A stretch of DNA of 64,000 nucleotides, taken from Amphiscolops sp. MND2022. Lineage: Eukaryota. The stretch covers positions 54,126,001-54,190,000 of the forward strand of contig OZ076415.1 of assembly GCA_964187785.1 (NCBI GenBank), written 5' to 3'. The number at the start of each line of letters is the position of its first letter. Within the stretch, counting starts at the first letter, position 1. Both the position numbers and the translations under genes were made by a program. Shown here one piece after another: positions 49,310 through 62,928 of this stretch. The notes below the pieces were generated by a model that saw only the letters and a program-made list of their open reading frames with translations, was not told the DNA's origin and did no database searches.

Positions 49310-52300
49310 AACGTACCACCTAGGCTCACAATTGATACTATAGATGCAGACAGATTACCAACCATTTCAAATTCTAGATCACTTTCTAGACCATCATATT
49401 TCCAATTCCGTCAAACCTTTTTCACTATGACTTAACGAGTACAAATGTTCAAAACACAACAGTCTTTGTATCTTTCACTACAAATCGTTCGAACGACCAC
49501 TACAACAAATCCATAGCAATTCTTTACTATTTTGCGTCAAAATATTATGATCAACTGTAACGTTCACACGTTACGATTTCCTTCAATAAGGACTAATCGT
49601 GTCATACTATTTCTATACCACAAGTTTCAGCTAAGACCCATAATTTACTCTCTAACACCTCACATACTAAGTATGGAACGACCCATCAACCTACATTACC
49701 ATTAAAAACTGTCTCAAATTTTACATTCATAAACTTTTCTGCTTCTATTACAGAACACAACAAACATTTCGATGTTCTCGATAAGAAATATAAACCTGAA
49801 GAATGTTTACAATACATTGAAGCCCGTGTTACATTTTCATTAGAACTCCAACCTACAACTCCACATGAACATAAATTTTGGCACGCTAGACGTAGGACTT
49901 TCATTCAATGTTCACACACTGGAACAGTTCTTAGTTGGTACATTAACCGCAAGGAAACGTATAAACAAGACCGGTCTGCTTCTGTGCAAGCTTTCAAAAA
50001 AACGCTTACTATGCTCCAGTCGAAGTTCTCACATTTCATGAAAGGTCTTCCCAGGAATCTTGAATATTTTGCAAACAAAAGACAAGCAAAACATTTTTCC
50101 TCTGTTTTAGAACCTCCTTTCATACTCTTGTTAAACTAGTAGATGCTGAAGATAGCTTTTGATAAAAGTCGCCCACATGATCGTTCTCTGGAAGTATATT
50201 CCATCACAAAGCAATTGCAATCACAGAAACTAGTTGCTCAACAATCTGAACACAACCATTAGATCCTATTAATAAACAAAAATTTTAAAAAAATGAACAT
50301 ATACATAAAAATCAATGCATTTAAACAATATTGCTCACGCTGTCAGAAAACAAATCTTTCCATTCCAGCATTCCAAACAGAAAGATGATGAAGACAAACG
50401 AGATGACTATACAAGATCCAAATAGCCTCAAAAAGCCTCTGTACATTACTTTCGTCCTCCTTCTCGTGATAGCAATAACTCTTATTTAACTAATAATAGA
50501 CATGCTGAATATTAAGATCGCAATCGCAGCAGGTATATCAAAAGAAAGTCTTCATTACAAAACAAATATAGCCCCCATTTCAGAGACAGATACAAATATG
50601 AAAGAAATACTACTCCTCCACAATATCACCGATCTAGATTTGACAATTATCCACAAAATTCACGCAAAAAATAGTTCAATTTACAGATCTTCCAAATGAT
50701 CACTTCTTAGAGGTGATTCCCGTACTTGATATAAATTACTTGAATTTTCAAGAGTCAAAACATTTCATAATTACACTTCTTTACATAGACCTCCATCAAG
50801 GCCAAGAGACCCTAAGCCATTTAATTCTTGATCGTAATCTGACACAAAAACAAAGTAAAGGACATTGAATCAGGGCCTTCGAACTCACCTATCAACCTTG
50901 AAGTTCATATGTATCACCCTACTGAAAAGGCTAATGCGCTGACACCCACAAGTTTGTTTTGTTCGTTAAATTTACATACTCCTGAAAGACATAAGAACAA
51001 TGATCATCCTTCAAGAATAGAAGTCTCATTCTTTTTAGATAGCAGTGCTTCCTTTTCGGTACACAACTATCCTACCTAACTCACAATTGCAAAACGTCTT
51101 AACATAACCTGTAATGACAAAATATCCCATATATCAAAAACACCAACTGTTGCTAACCAAACAGAGGTTCCTCTCTCACAATATTTGACTGTCGCCTTAA
51201 ACACTTTACTTGAACATAACGCTCGACAATTTATCATTCTTTTTTTCTGTTGCAGACACAAAGTATATCACCCTCTCTCCTGAGGAATTTATATAAAACT
51301 TTATTTTCCAAGACTTTACTTAACATTCAAATAATAATCACAAGATCAAGCAAATGTCACTAAATTTCCCTCTCTACTATCAAAAGACTACCCACGTTTC
51401 TCATACATCTATAGTATTAAGATCCTATTTAAGTCCAGAACACAAATTCATTTGAGCCCAAACTCCTAAATTATTGCTTATTCTCCAACTTCGCAACAAC
51501 AATTCGCAACCAAGTTTTGTTCAACTTTCAACGTTCCTGAAGTTTTCACTAGTAACAGACCTGACACTTGTTCAACTATAATACAAATTTCAACGAACCA
51601 TGTTGCAACACTTCCGACACATTGGTTATATTGAAAAACCTATTACAAATGAAAAACCTAAATACTATCAAGTTAACGATATAAATTTTTTAGTTCATAA
51701 TGTAGCTCACATCTACCACTCTGATCTAACTGAATCTCTTCTACCATCTAACTATGATATAACAATACCCGAGAGGTTTTTGGTTTCATCTTCTGCTTCT
51801 CATTCCTCCCTACATCAGGGTTATTTGACAACTCCAAAACTACTTAACATACCTTATTCACATATTTACAACGTTCAACTTACCTCTGAAACTTCCTAAC
51901 CACGTATTTTCTCTACTCTTCCCTATTCAAAAGTATTCAAAAGACAATTTACGCTTCAATACTGAATTCAACTTTCACTTTTCAGATCTTACAGATACCG
52001 AAAACGTTACTTCATGTAATTTGTTAAGGAAACACAAAAACTGTTGTGCTACACGCAAAAACGGTGTAATAAAAAATTGCTACTTCATTTCGAATACGAT
52101 TAAAACCAAATGCACAGCTCACTAGAAAACGTCCTTCTAAACACTATCCATTACAGACATAAACTCAACAACGTAATCAAAGAATTAGAGAAACGTAATA
52201 ATATTGAACAAATTGGTTCTTCTCCAGAAAACAAACCTAACTCTGGTACTACTTAACTAACTTCTCTTGCTATCATACCCAAAGTGATTCAAAAAATTGT

Positions 52301-55300
52301 GTTCTAGACACAAGACACTCAAGGTCTAAAACAGAACAATCTGACGAATCGTGGCCCATAGAACCACTTGCTTCTCAACTAGCCCATGCAAAAAAACACA
52401 AACGCGCTATAGAATTAATGTACGCTTACGCTCATACTCCCCTTGATGAAAAAACTATAGAGTTGAGCTTAAAAGCTTCTCCTCAGGTGATGAACTATTT
52501 GCTTTAATTAAAGGCGTTTATGGAGTCAAAGGCTGACCAAACAATTGTAGAAAACAAATGTCGTCTTTCTTCAAAACTTTCATAAAAAAAGGTTCTGCTC
52601 TAGTTAATATTATTGATATTCTACTACTTTCAATTTTTAAAAACCGTATGTTTCAACTTCATGTCATACGTACCACGTATCAAACACAATCTAAAATTGG
52701 GTCCAGAGAAATCATTTCTATGTTACTTAAAGTTAAAAACCCCCAACTTGAGATTGGTTACAACACAAATCAACCTGTAGCCTCTAAAGTTGCTGCCATT
52801 CATAAACTTCTTTCTACTACTGGTAAAGTTGCCCTTTTGAGTTTCATAGTTACACTAATCTTTTATACAAAATTCATTGAAAAACGTCACGTTAACATTA
52901 ACCATTTTATGACCTTTTACTCGAAAATACTCCTTGGACTTGGACTTCACAAAATGAAGCCCCATTTCGAAAACCCAAAAAATTGCACTCACTTCAGATA
53001 CAGAACTTACAATACCAAATCAAAAACAACCTTTCTTTATTACATTTGACGATTATTAATTGGGTTAGGCGCTGTCTTCTTTCAATTGAAAGACGAGAAC
53101 AAAATGAAAGTCATTACGTCCATTTTTCGTATACTCAATTCTCCAGAACAGAAATTTCCTACACTAGATTGTAATTCTACACAGTGAATTACTCGGTATA
53201 GCACATGCTCTCCAACAAGTATGAGTTCCTCGTTATAGGATATCCACACCCAATTTTTATATTTAAACCTCTTTCACAAAAAAAGATCATAAACGTCTTT
53301 TACAATGCTTCACAAAAAAGACAACCTTAGTCCACCCTTCTATAGAGCCCAAAAGCAACACAGTCATTCAAACTCTTGCAAATACCTTGTTTGTGCCTGA
53401 CATGCTCAGCGGATATTTTACTTCATTAGAACTCCAACCTAATCAACTCAAACACAAATAACTCCAATCTCAAATAGACTGTGCCATCTTACAAGATAAT
53501 ACTTTATAACCCGTCTCTTACTCAATCAAACACGAAGGAAAAACACATGATTCTCATTTTTCATCAACATGATTCTCATTTTCCTTTGCTGATTATGAAT
53601 CAGATCAATTTTCGATTCGCATTAGTGATAAAAGTAACGACATAATTGTCAAAACTCTAAACTTCTTTTTTTTTCAAATCTATTACATTTTCGAACCAAA
53701 GTCAAACCACTTTTAGGAAAACATAGGAAAGTAAGCCTCTACATCAACAACTATTACTCTTTAAGGACATTGATGTTACAAGTGATGGCCAAGATCAAAT
53801 ACACAGTCGAACTCCTAAACCAATTACAATTCAAAATACCAATCATATAATTGACAAACCTCAAGAATCCAATCTAACCATTTCAGAAAGTTTCTGTACC
53901 ATTACAAAATTACAAACTATTCCCCATCTACTTCTGTAGTTGATACAGCAGGACCTATTAAACTATTCACACATATTTCTCAAGTCATACCCTTTTATGA
54001 CCCTTTTTTTAAAAACAAAACCTAGTTTCAGGTTTTTCCTACCCCTTGATTTCTTTTTAGGATTACAGACCTATAAACACCAATAAACTCAAGACCTTTT
54101 TCTCAAAACAGTTTATCACTGGCTACGCAATAATTCACCACCCCAATTACCTACCTCTCAATAAACGGTTCCCCGTTTTTACAAGCGTATTACAAAACAT
54201 TTCTCAACTTTTTTAGACGATGCTAATAATCTTATCAGTTTATAAACAAATAAAATCTCTCCTGAAACAAACCCTAATACCAATTCAACACTCATTCAGG
54301 GCAATAATAGAATTAATTTACTTTTTCGCTTTTTCAAAACAGCCTTGAACAAAATTCATGTACACAATACTCATGTTTTACAATTTTTTTTATTTCCTTT
54401 TCTTGAAAATTAGTTATCTATTTACATATATGATTGTCTTGAATTCCAACGAAATAAACATTTCAATATGAAAGTAAATACAGTTCCTATTCAATCCCTT
54501 CTCCGAACATGTTCCCTCTTTTAACTATCGTATATCCGTGGAAAACAAAGCCCCTATCAATCCACACTCTCAAAACAAAACTTACATCCATCTCTTTGCA
54601 GATGCTCTGAGTCATTTTGTTGTTACCGTCCCTATCAAATCTAATAATGCAAAAACAGCTGTCAAAAGTCTTTTACATCACTGGATTATCAAATTTGGTC
54701 CTTCAATATACGTTGTCACTAATCGCGGATCAGAATACGAAAATCTTGACATGGCACAACTTTGCACTCTCATGGGTATTACACATTCTTCTAGAACACC
54801 TTACTACCCTTGGACTAATGGACTCGTTGAAGTTCAAAAATAAAAGCCGCGGAACTTTTGTCGTAACTTTCTACGAAACATCCCCAAGGCTTGGGCATAT
54901 CAAGTTCATATGTATGACTATTCACATAAATCACAACGGCTTGCTGCACTGAAGGTTTTACCTCAAGAAGTAGTTTCTCCACCTGATCCCGAATACCTCT
55001 AACTTTCTGTTTAAACGTTGATAGTAATAAAAAATACATAGCTGAGTTCATTCCAGTTTTTACAGAACACTATGCAAACCTCTTCCACATTGGTTTCTTG
55101 CTGTTGGAACCGCAATGTTACAAACTTTTTCTGTAGTACATTATTACACCAGGAATATTTTTTAATTCCCAAGCATACATTACAAAAACATATCACGAAG
55201 GTAAAACCTCTCCCACTCAGTACATTTTTTTAAAACTTAACTTCATTCATGTACATGTTTCTGACAGTCCTAAACTTCTCCGAATTTATCCCTATGAAAT

Positions 55301-55799
55301 ATTCGATCGAATTTCAGATGTAACGTATGAAATTTTCATATTGACAGAAACCATTCAATACCTTAATACCCATAAGAACCACTTTGATATCCTCGTCTCC
55401 GTAATTTTTTTCAGATCCAAATAGTTCTGACATCCCAAAACCCAATAAGTACGCTATCAGTGATTCTCCTCCTTTTCTTCTGTTACTGCCTTATCTGATG
55501 ACGAGTCATCCCAAATATCTGAATCTCAAATCCCCTCAACAACAAGTAATCCAACTAAACCAAACACGTCTATAATTGACAATTTAACTTAATAAACTTT
55601 TATAAAGAACAGTGACACTAATCCTCCTTCCAATCGTCACGCTGCAAAAAACTCTTCTAAATTTCCCATTCCTAATCGGCCAAATGATAGACATTCTAAA
55701 ACCCGTTAACAATTGAGACGAGCAACCACGAAAAGGTTTTTAACGTTTCATTATCACCAAGTTTCCGACCAATGGTCTTTTTTTCCTCAATTGCAAAGA

Positions 55800-58400
55800 A
55801 GTAAGAGTCAAGATAAAGTGAATAAAAAGTACGAATGAAGCTAAAGTGAATAAAAAACCTATAAAAACGTTGAAAACCTAGATTATTTTTCGGATACCTT
55901 CCCATCTGCTCGGCGTTTATCCACGTCAACCTCTCCAACTGTCATAACAACCCAACAACGCAACTTAGCTACACCCTCCTCAAAGAAACCAAACTCTCAC
56001 ATCTTTGACTGTGACAATTCCTGTGAAAAAGTCACCTATTTTTAGTACCTTGTTTCTACAAAACCTTCCACTTCCGACCGACCACCCATAAGTGACCTAC
56101 CAATCACTCCACCCTTTCAATCGCAAGCTTCACCCATCCATACTACTCTTGTCCACATACCACATACCGATTCAGTTGCCAAATTCGTAATCTAAAAACC
56201 ACTAAAACTTGGTACTGCTATAAAAACTTCTGGAATACGTTCCCAACTAGATATTGTACGAATACTTGAATCAACATACCCTCCACTAACTTCCTAATTG
56301 GTATTATCTTCGATATCTGAATTATGCACCTCTTCAAAAACGACAAAAAAACACTCTACAGCCTATCAAATATATTGGACGATTCAACACAGGAACAAAA
56401 ACCATCACAAGACTCTAACAGTACACTTTTAAATCCTCAAACTCGTTGTAATCTTCGCCATTTACGTAATCGACGACAATTTACTGATACGTCTGCTCTA
56501 AATTTCTCTGCACTTTTATGTAACTCAGCTGTGCGCCTTCCACGACAACACGCTCAACCACTTTACTCTGATACACATTCTTCTGAAACAGTTTCACTAT
56601 CTAATTTTACGTCTAGAATAGACACTGCAACCTTAGTTTCCTCAGACCTACAAACTGCCTACCTATCTGGTAAGCTGTTTTTTTTCAGAAGTTCTCGCAC
56701 CTATAGACGTGGTGACAGAACAATTTGAAATCATAACACACTACCTCTTCCTGTAATTTTCGCCCCATTGTAAGGTAATAACCCTACTCTACATCTTAAT
56801 GGTACAGACAAGAACATATTGAACAACTTCAATTACATTCGTGCCTTTACACTTTTAAAACATCATCACTTTCGAAAAAAGTTTGCACATTTTGAAACCC
56901 CCTTTCACGTTTTACATATTTGATACAATATATACTGGTAATTTCACCAACTTGCTGATGAAGAATAGATTTATGACCCTTCAAAAAATCCTCTACATAA
57001 CTGTCCAGCCAATCCAGAATTTGAAGGAAATATACTCAGTCAGAGACTTTCCGTCTCTGAAATCGAAATGAATTATGATGATACAGAAAATGATATGATA
57101 ACAGGCGGACTAAGTTTACTATGCTAGTTTGCAGACGGATTTTGCAATTCCGCAATCAAAACACCTTTCACTCTTGTATTGTTTCGTAAAGATTTTCATC
57201 TAATCTTTTCATCAGTACGATAACTAAAACTGAAGAACGCTATTAGATAGTAAATGATTCTTTTATACAATCTTCACTTCCTAACAAAACCGGATCCACT
57301 TCAGGAATCAAAAGCACTTTCTACCCATATATCCATGCACCCCACATACTCACAAAACCCACAAAATCCTAGTCTTCCATGTTTCGTAGTTCTTCTTCAC
57401 TGCTCAACCATGTTGAGGCAACCTGAACTACCAGTTTCTACGCAATACTCAAATATTTGAGAGTCACATACCACGAAGGTTTCAATTTGCATACAGGACA
57501 ACCAAGTCCTCAGTCTATTGTCAATGAATACATCTCAGCAAAAACAGTATTAGACACTTCAAAAAAGAACAATTTTTTTCCTGCTTTAAACGTATCAAAC
57601 AACAATGCAACCACTGATTATGATGCACAATTGAAAACAAAAACAGATTATACATTTAATGTTCAGGAACCAAATACTCTTCAAACTACACGCGAATTAT
57701 CACGAAACCAACCGCTTACAATACTTTCTATATCTGTCCAAAACCCTAAAGTTGCTTTTTTTCTCACCGGTAATCGAAGTAACTTCCTCTATGTTGAAGG
57801 GTCTACGGCTTGTTTATATGGCTGTCCCCATTACCTTTCACCAACTTATAAAGCAGATAGTTGCTTTGGCAGAATATCTATACATTACAAAGTCACTCTC
57901 ATGTATGTAGATCCTATTACCAGACGAACTCATGATTATGCTATTCCTATACCACGTGACAATAACCCTATACATATCATAGAACTTGATCCTGATTCTG
58001 ATGACCAAGACTGTCTTATTCTCCGCCCAGAACCTATAAAACGAGAACCTCCTATGTTTACCCCTTCCTATATGAAAACCACCTAATACATTCACAGCTC
58101 AAGATGCTGGTATAAACTTTAAGGTAAAACTTTGGAATTGAATCCTTTAATCAAAACAGTCAGATAATACATTTTAATTTTTTGGAAAAGCTCCTAAGCT
58201 CTTAGTCATTTTTTTCTACTACTACTCCGGAACATTCTGAGGCAGATACATTACAAGACACAACTTTCATGAGCGTGAAAAGCTTAATAAAAATCCTCAA
58301 ACGCTCCATAAGGGAATTTTCACTGGCCCCCAATGTAATATTTTTTGTATTAATATTACCTATTTGAATGTTTTAAAAATTCGGGAAGCTTAAGATATTT
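55800..58400 (+). pseudogene. env-like glycoprotein remnant (class III fusion protein-like)
   Basis: LC*FADGFC...TPFTLV at ~57110-57190 and EGSTACLYGC...SCFGRISIHYK..LMYVDPITR in ORF 57457-58086; hydrophobic remnant near 58350. Confidence 0.55.
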
Positions 58401-58636
58401 TAATAATTGAAAAAAACAGAGGTTTTTGTATCTACCTTATCATTGAACCTGATACAAATTATAGAGATTTCTAATAAATAACTCCATTCTCAGGATTCCT
58501 AATACAAGTATTAAGTATTAGTTATACTACTTCCGCAGTTAACTTATATATAAATAGTATCTTATACACAAAAAGGATTTATTGTATACAAATAGCATTT
58601 CTTAAACCAACCGCTAATATTCCTTATAGAAACGCA

Positions 58637-61087
58637 TGATTTTGTAGTTTTGTTGAAATTGCGTTTGCAGTGGCTAGCAGCAGTTCGTCGAGTCTCAGTT
58701 TTTTTGATAAAGTATTTCTAATACACACTTAGAATACTTCAATTCACAAAAATATATACTTTCACCTACACAATTGTTTAAAAAACTCGATGCCGTCTTT
58801 TGATTATCGTGCTCTTCTTTCTTTACGAACTTTAAACTTTCTGTCAGAAGTAGCTTGAAAACTTCCAATACATTAAACATCGATTTTGCAATTTTGTTGA
58901 AATTGCGTTTGCAGTGGCTAGCAGCAGTTCGTCGAGTCTCAGTTTTTTTGATAAAGTATTTCTAATACACACTTAGAATACTTCAATTCACAAAAATATA
59001 TACTTTCACCTACATAATTGTTTAAAAAACTCGATGCCGTCTTTTGATTATCGTGCTCTTCTTTCTTTACGAATTTTAAACTTTCTGTCAGAAGTAGCTT
59101 GAAAACTTCCAATACATTAAACATCGATTTTGCAATTTTGTTGAAATTGCGTTTGCAGTGCCTAGCAGCAGTTCGTCAAGTCTCAGTTTTTTTTAATAAA
59201 GTATTTCTAATACACACTTAGAATACTTCAACTCACAAAAATTTATACTTTAACCTATATAATTATTTAAAAAACTCGATGCCGTCTTTTGACTATCGTA
59301 CTCTTCTTTCTTTACGAACATTAAACTTGCAGTCAGAAGTAGCTTAAAAACTTCCAAGACATTGAACAATGATTTTGTAATTTTGTTGAAATTGCGTTTG
59401 CAGTGGCTAGCAGCAGTTCGTCGAGTCTCAGTTTTTTTGATAAAGTATTTCTAATACACACTTAGAATACTTCAATTCACAAAAATTTATACTTTCACCT
59501 ACATAATTGTTTAAAAAACTCGATGCCGTCTTTTGATTATCGTGCTCTTCTTTCTTTACGAACTTTAAACTTTCCGTCAGAAGTAGCTTGAAAACTTCCA
59601 ATACATTAAACATCGATTTTGCAATTTTGTTGAAATTGCGTTTGCAGTGCCTAGCAGCAGTTCGTCAAGTCTCAGTTTTTTTAATAAAGTAGTTCTAATA
59701 CACACTTAGAATACTTCAACTCACAAAAGTTTATACTTTAACCTATATAATTGTTTAAAAAACTCGATGCCGTCTTTTGACTATTGTACTCTTTTTTCTT
59801 TACGAACATTAAACTTGCAGTCAGAAGTAGCTTAAAAACTTCCAAGACATTGAACAATGATTTTGCAATTTTGTTGAAATTGCGTTTGCAGTGGCTAGCA
59901 GCAGTTCGTCAAGTCTCAGTTTTTTTAAAAAGTATTTTTATTACACACTTAGAATACTTCAATTTGCAAAAAATTATACGTTAACCTATAAAAATGTTTA
60001 AAAAACTCGCAGCCGTCTTTTGACTATCGTGCTCTTCTTTCTTTACGAACAATAAACTTTCCGTCAGAAGTAGCCTAAAAACTTCCAAGACATTGAACAA
60101 TGATTTTGCAATTTTGTTGAAATTGCGTTTGCAGTGTCTAGCAGCAGTTCGTCGAGTCTCAGTTTTTTTTAAAAAGTATTTTTTCACACACTTAGAATAC
60201 TTCAATTCGCAAAAAATTATACTCTAACCTATAAAATTGTTTAAAAAACTCGAAGCCGTCTTTTGACTATCGTGCTCTTCTTTCTTTACGAACATTAAAC
60301 TTTCCATCAGAATTAACCTAAAAACTTCCAAGACATTGAACAAACCAATTCCTCAAATTTCTAGTTGGTAATCAATAACCAAGAAACAATCACAAGATTA
60401 CAGCATGAAAGCAATCACAAGATTACAGCATGTTTAAAAAACTCGATGCCGTCTTTTGACTATCGTACTCTTTTTTCTTTACGAACATTAAACTTGCAGT
60501 CAGAAGTAGCTTAAAAACTTCCAAGACATTGAACAATGATTTTGCAATTTTGTTGAAATTGCGTTTGCAGTGGCTAGCAGCAGTTCGTCAAGTCTCAGTT
60601 TTTTTTAAAAAGTATTTTTATTACACACTTAGAATACTTCAATTTGCAAAAAATTATACGTTAACCTATAAAAATGTTTAAAAAACTCGCAGCCGTCTTT
60701 TGACTATCGTGCTCTTCTTTCTTTACGAACAATAAACTTTCCGTCAGAAGTAGCCTAAAAACTTCCAAGACAGTGAACAATGATTTTGCAATTTTGTTGA
60801 AATTGCGTTTGCAGTGTCTAGCAGCAGTTCGTCGAGTCTCAGTTTTTTTTAAAAAGTATTTTTTTACACACTTAGAATACTTCAATCCGCAAAAAATTAT
60901 ACTCTAACCTATAAAATTGTTTAAAAAACTCGAAGCCGTCTTTTGACTATCGTGCTCTTCTTTCTTTACGAACATTAAACTTTCCATCAGAAGTAGCCTA
61001 AAAACTTCCAAGACATTGAACAAACCAATTCCTCAAATTTCTAGTTGGTAATCAATAACCAAGAAACAATCACAAGATTACAGCATG
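58637..61087. repeat. 244-bp tandem satellite, ~9.5 units, with a twice-occurring ~65-90 bp spacer
   Basis: Units start at about 58637, 58881, 59125, 59369, 59613, 59857 and 60101; block 59752-60430 is repeated at 60431-61087. Confidence 0.95.
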
Positions 61088-61121
61088 AAACAGAAGCAAG
61101 TCATTCAAAATGATTCAGTTG

Positions 61122-62502
61122 TTAGGCTGCCAAGGAAGACTTTGTGTCTTTTGCGATTAGTTCCCGATAATTTGCATAGTCCTCGTAGTTTCCTCGGTGT
61201 CCTTGAACTTGAATTTTGAGGGTTTCGAAAGCGAGACTTGTTTTTATTTTGAAACTCACCCCCAAGATGACATAGTTGAAAAATTTCTCTGCATCCGGCC
61301 TGGCTTCGAGAACATTCCATCTTTCGCCAAGAAACTCATCAAGCATTTTGTTTCCACGTGAACCCCGGTCCTCGTTGATGGTGAACTTCTGTCAATGGAA
61401 GAAAACGAAAAAAAATACAATTGTAAAACAAAGATTTTCAAGGCTCTGGAATGTGTAATTTTGAGATAAAACTTGTTTCTCATTTTGAAACCCCTCGGAG
61501 TTAAAATGTTGAATAACAAAATTGTTTGAACGTTTCAATGTCCTGGGAAGTTTAAAACATACGTTCAAGTGTTTCCAAAACATTGTTGCTAACGATGCTA
61601 ATACCGATGTTGATGGGAAGCATATGCTCACCGAGTCTCTAGATGCGTCACGGCCCAAAACTTGCTTGATGTAGAACGGCACAGGACTGTATATAATTTC
61701 GTTGTGGCTGATTGTGTCGTAAGAGAGCAAAAGTTCCTGTTTGATGGCTGAAAGCACAATGAAAACTTCATCAATTGGGTGCATGTTAGGTTTTCTCTCT
61801 GTGGGTTCTGGGGATTTCATATAGTTCATTTCATGTTGCTGCTTAAATGATTGATTGGGGTCTTCTGCCAGTCTAACTTCTGTAGCAGGGAGTCCAATGT
61901 ATCTTTTACTACCGTGTAAGGTTGCTTCTGCCATCGCTGTCGCCTCTTTGCAATAAAAAAAGCCTTCGCACAACCCCTGCCTGTGACACGTCTATTAAAA
62001 CACGTGATCCTTTTGCTAGAATTCCGTTCGTAGTAGGAACAAGAGTCAGTCTGACGGTTGCTTCAGATCCACACAATGTCCAAAAAGTTTCACGATTGTT
62101 GATCCTTGACGTTTTTTCTTTTTATTCTGCTTTTACTTCAGTTTTTACATTTTTGTCAACTGGGATGAGTATCTTTTCCTCTTCTGCCATTACTTCTTTT
62201 TGCCAGTCCGAATTTTTCAACTGGTTGTATGAAATATAAAACTTCCCCTCACTGGAGCAAATCAGCAAGGTTTTCCTAAACCTATCATTGATTAGCACAG
62301 TCCCAGATTTCAAAACTGATGCTTCTTGGATCATTTGTTTCATCTCTCTAGGCTCCATAATATCACCAACAGATGGGGCAGTTGATCCAACGTAATGTAC
62401 TACATCGCCTTTCTCGAACTTTTTTTGTTGTAATCCAGTTTGTAGTCGATATAGTAGCGTCTGGGAAGTAGAACTTCTTTGAGAGCTTTCCTGACTGGCC
62501 AT
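61122..62502 (-). pseudogene. Unknown ~400-aa spliced gene with one stop (62122) and one homopolymer frameshift (~61955)
   Basis: ORFs 62122-62502, 61392-61973 and 61122-61346 join into one reading. Phase-0 intron candidate AAC|GTATGT ... ttttcttccattgacag|AAG. No family recognised. Confidence 0.5.
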
Positions 62503-62928
62503 AACTCAAGATCAACTTGGGGGTCAAAAAAGAGCACACGAACAGGGTTTTTGTTTTTTCCCCAGCGAATAAAAGTGACACAAACATGATTGGTGCCCTC
62601 AAAGCCTTCGATTTTAGATTCCTCCTAAATCTGAGTGTCAGGATCCAAAGCTTGAATGACTGGTTTAGTCTGGAAAAACAAATTGGCAAAAAGCATTACT
62701 GATTGATTCACAATTCGAACGTCGGACCTCTGTGTCTGAAACCTATTACTCTGCCGAATTCACCAAAACTCTTTTACGCAACATCTAGGGCAGTTAACTT
62801 TTGCATATTTGTTTATGGAAATTAGTGACATTTGGAACATAACAAATCATACTATAATTTTGATCTATTTTTCTATAGGTGTATTTTTGTTCATGGTTTG
62901 CTTGTTATAGCTGAGACAGAACTGCTGA

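Larger units (their letters stand above)
47700..58400 (+). mobile_element. Large, heavily decayed Gypsy-type element with gag, pol and an env-like ORF; ends approximate
   Basis: Protease FLDSSAS at ~51030; RT remnant SALVNIIDILLLS; RNH remnant (I..LGAVFFQL at ~53050); integrase PINPHSQ...LFADALSHF...VVTNRGSEY...WTNGLVE at 54538-54843. Strongly G-poor plus strand. Confidence 0.82.

Noticed and set aside
58637-61087. CRISPR-like repeat/spacer array
   Set aside because: Units are 244 bp and contiguous, the two spacers are copies of each other, and there are no cas genes; the context is eukaryotic.
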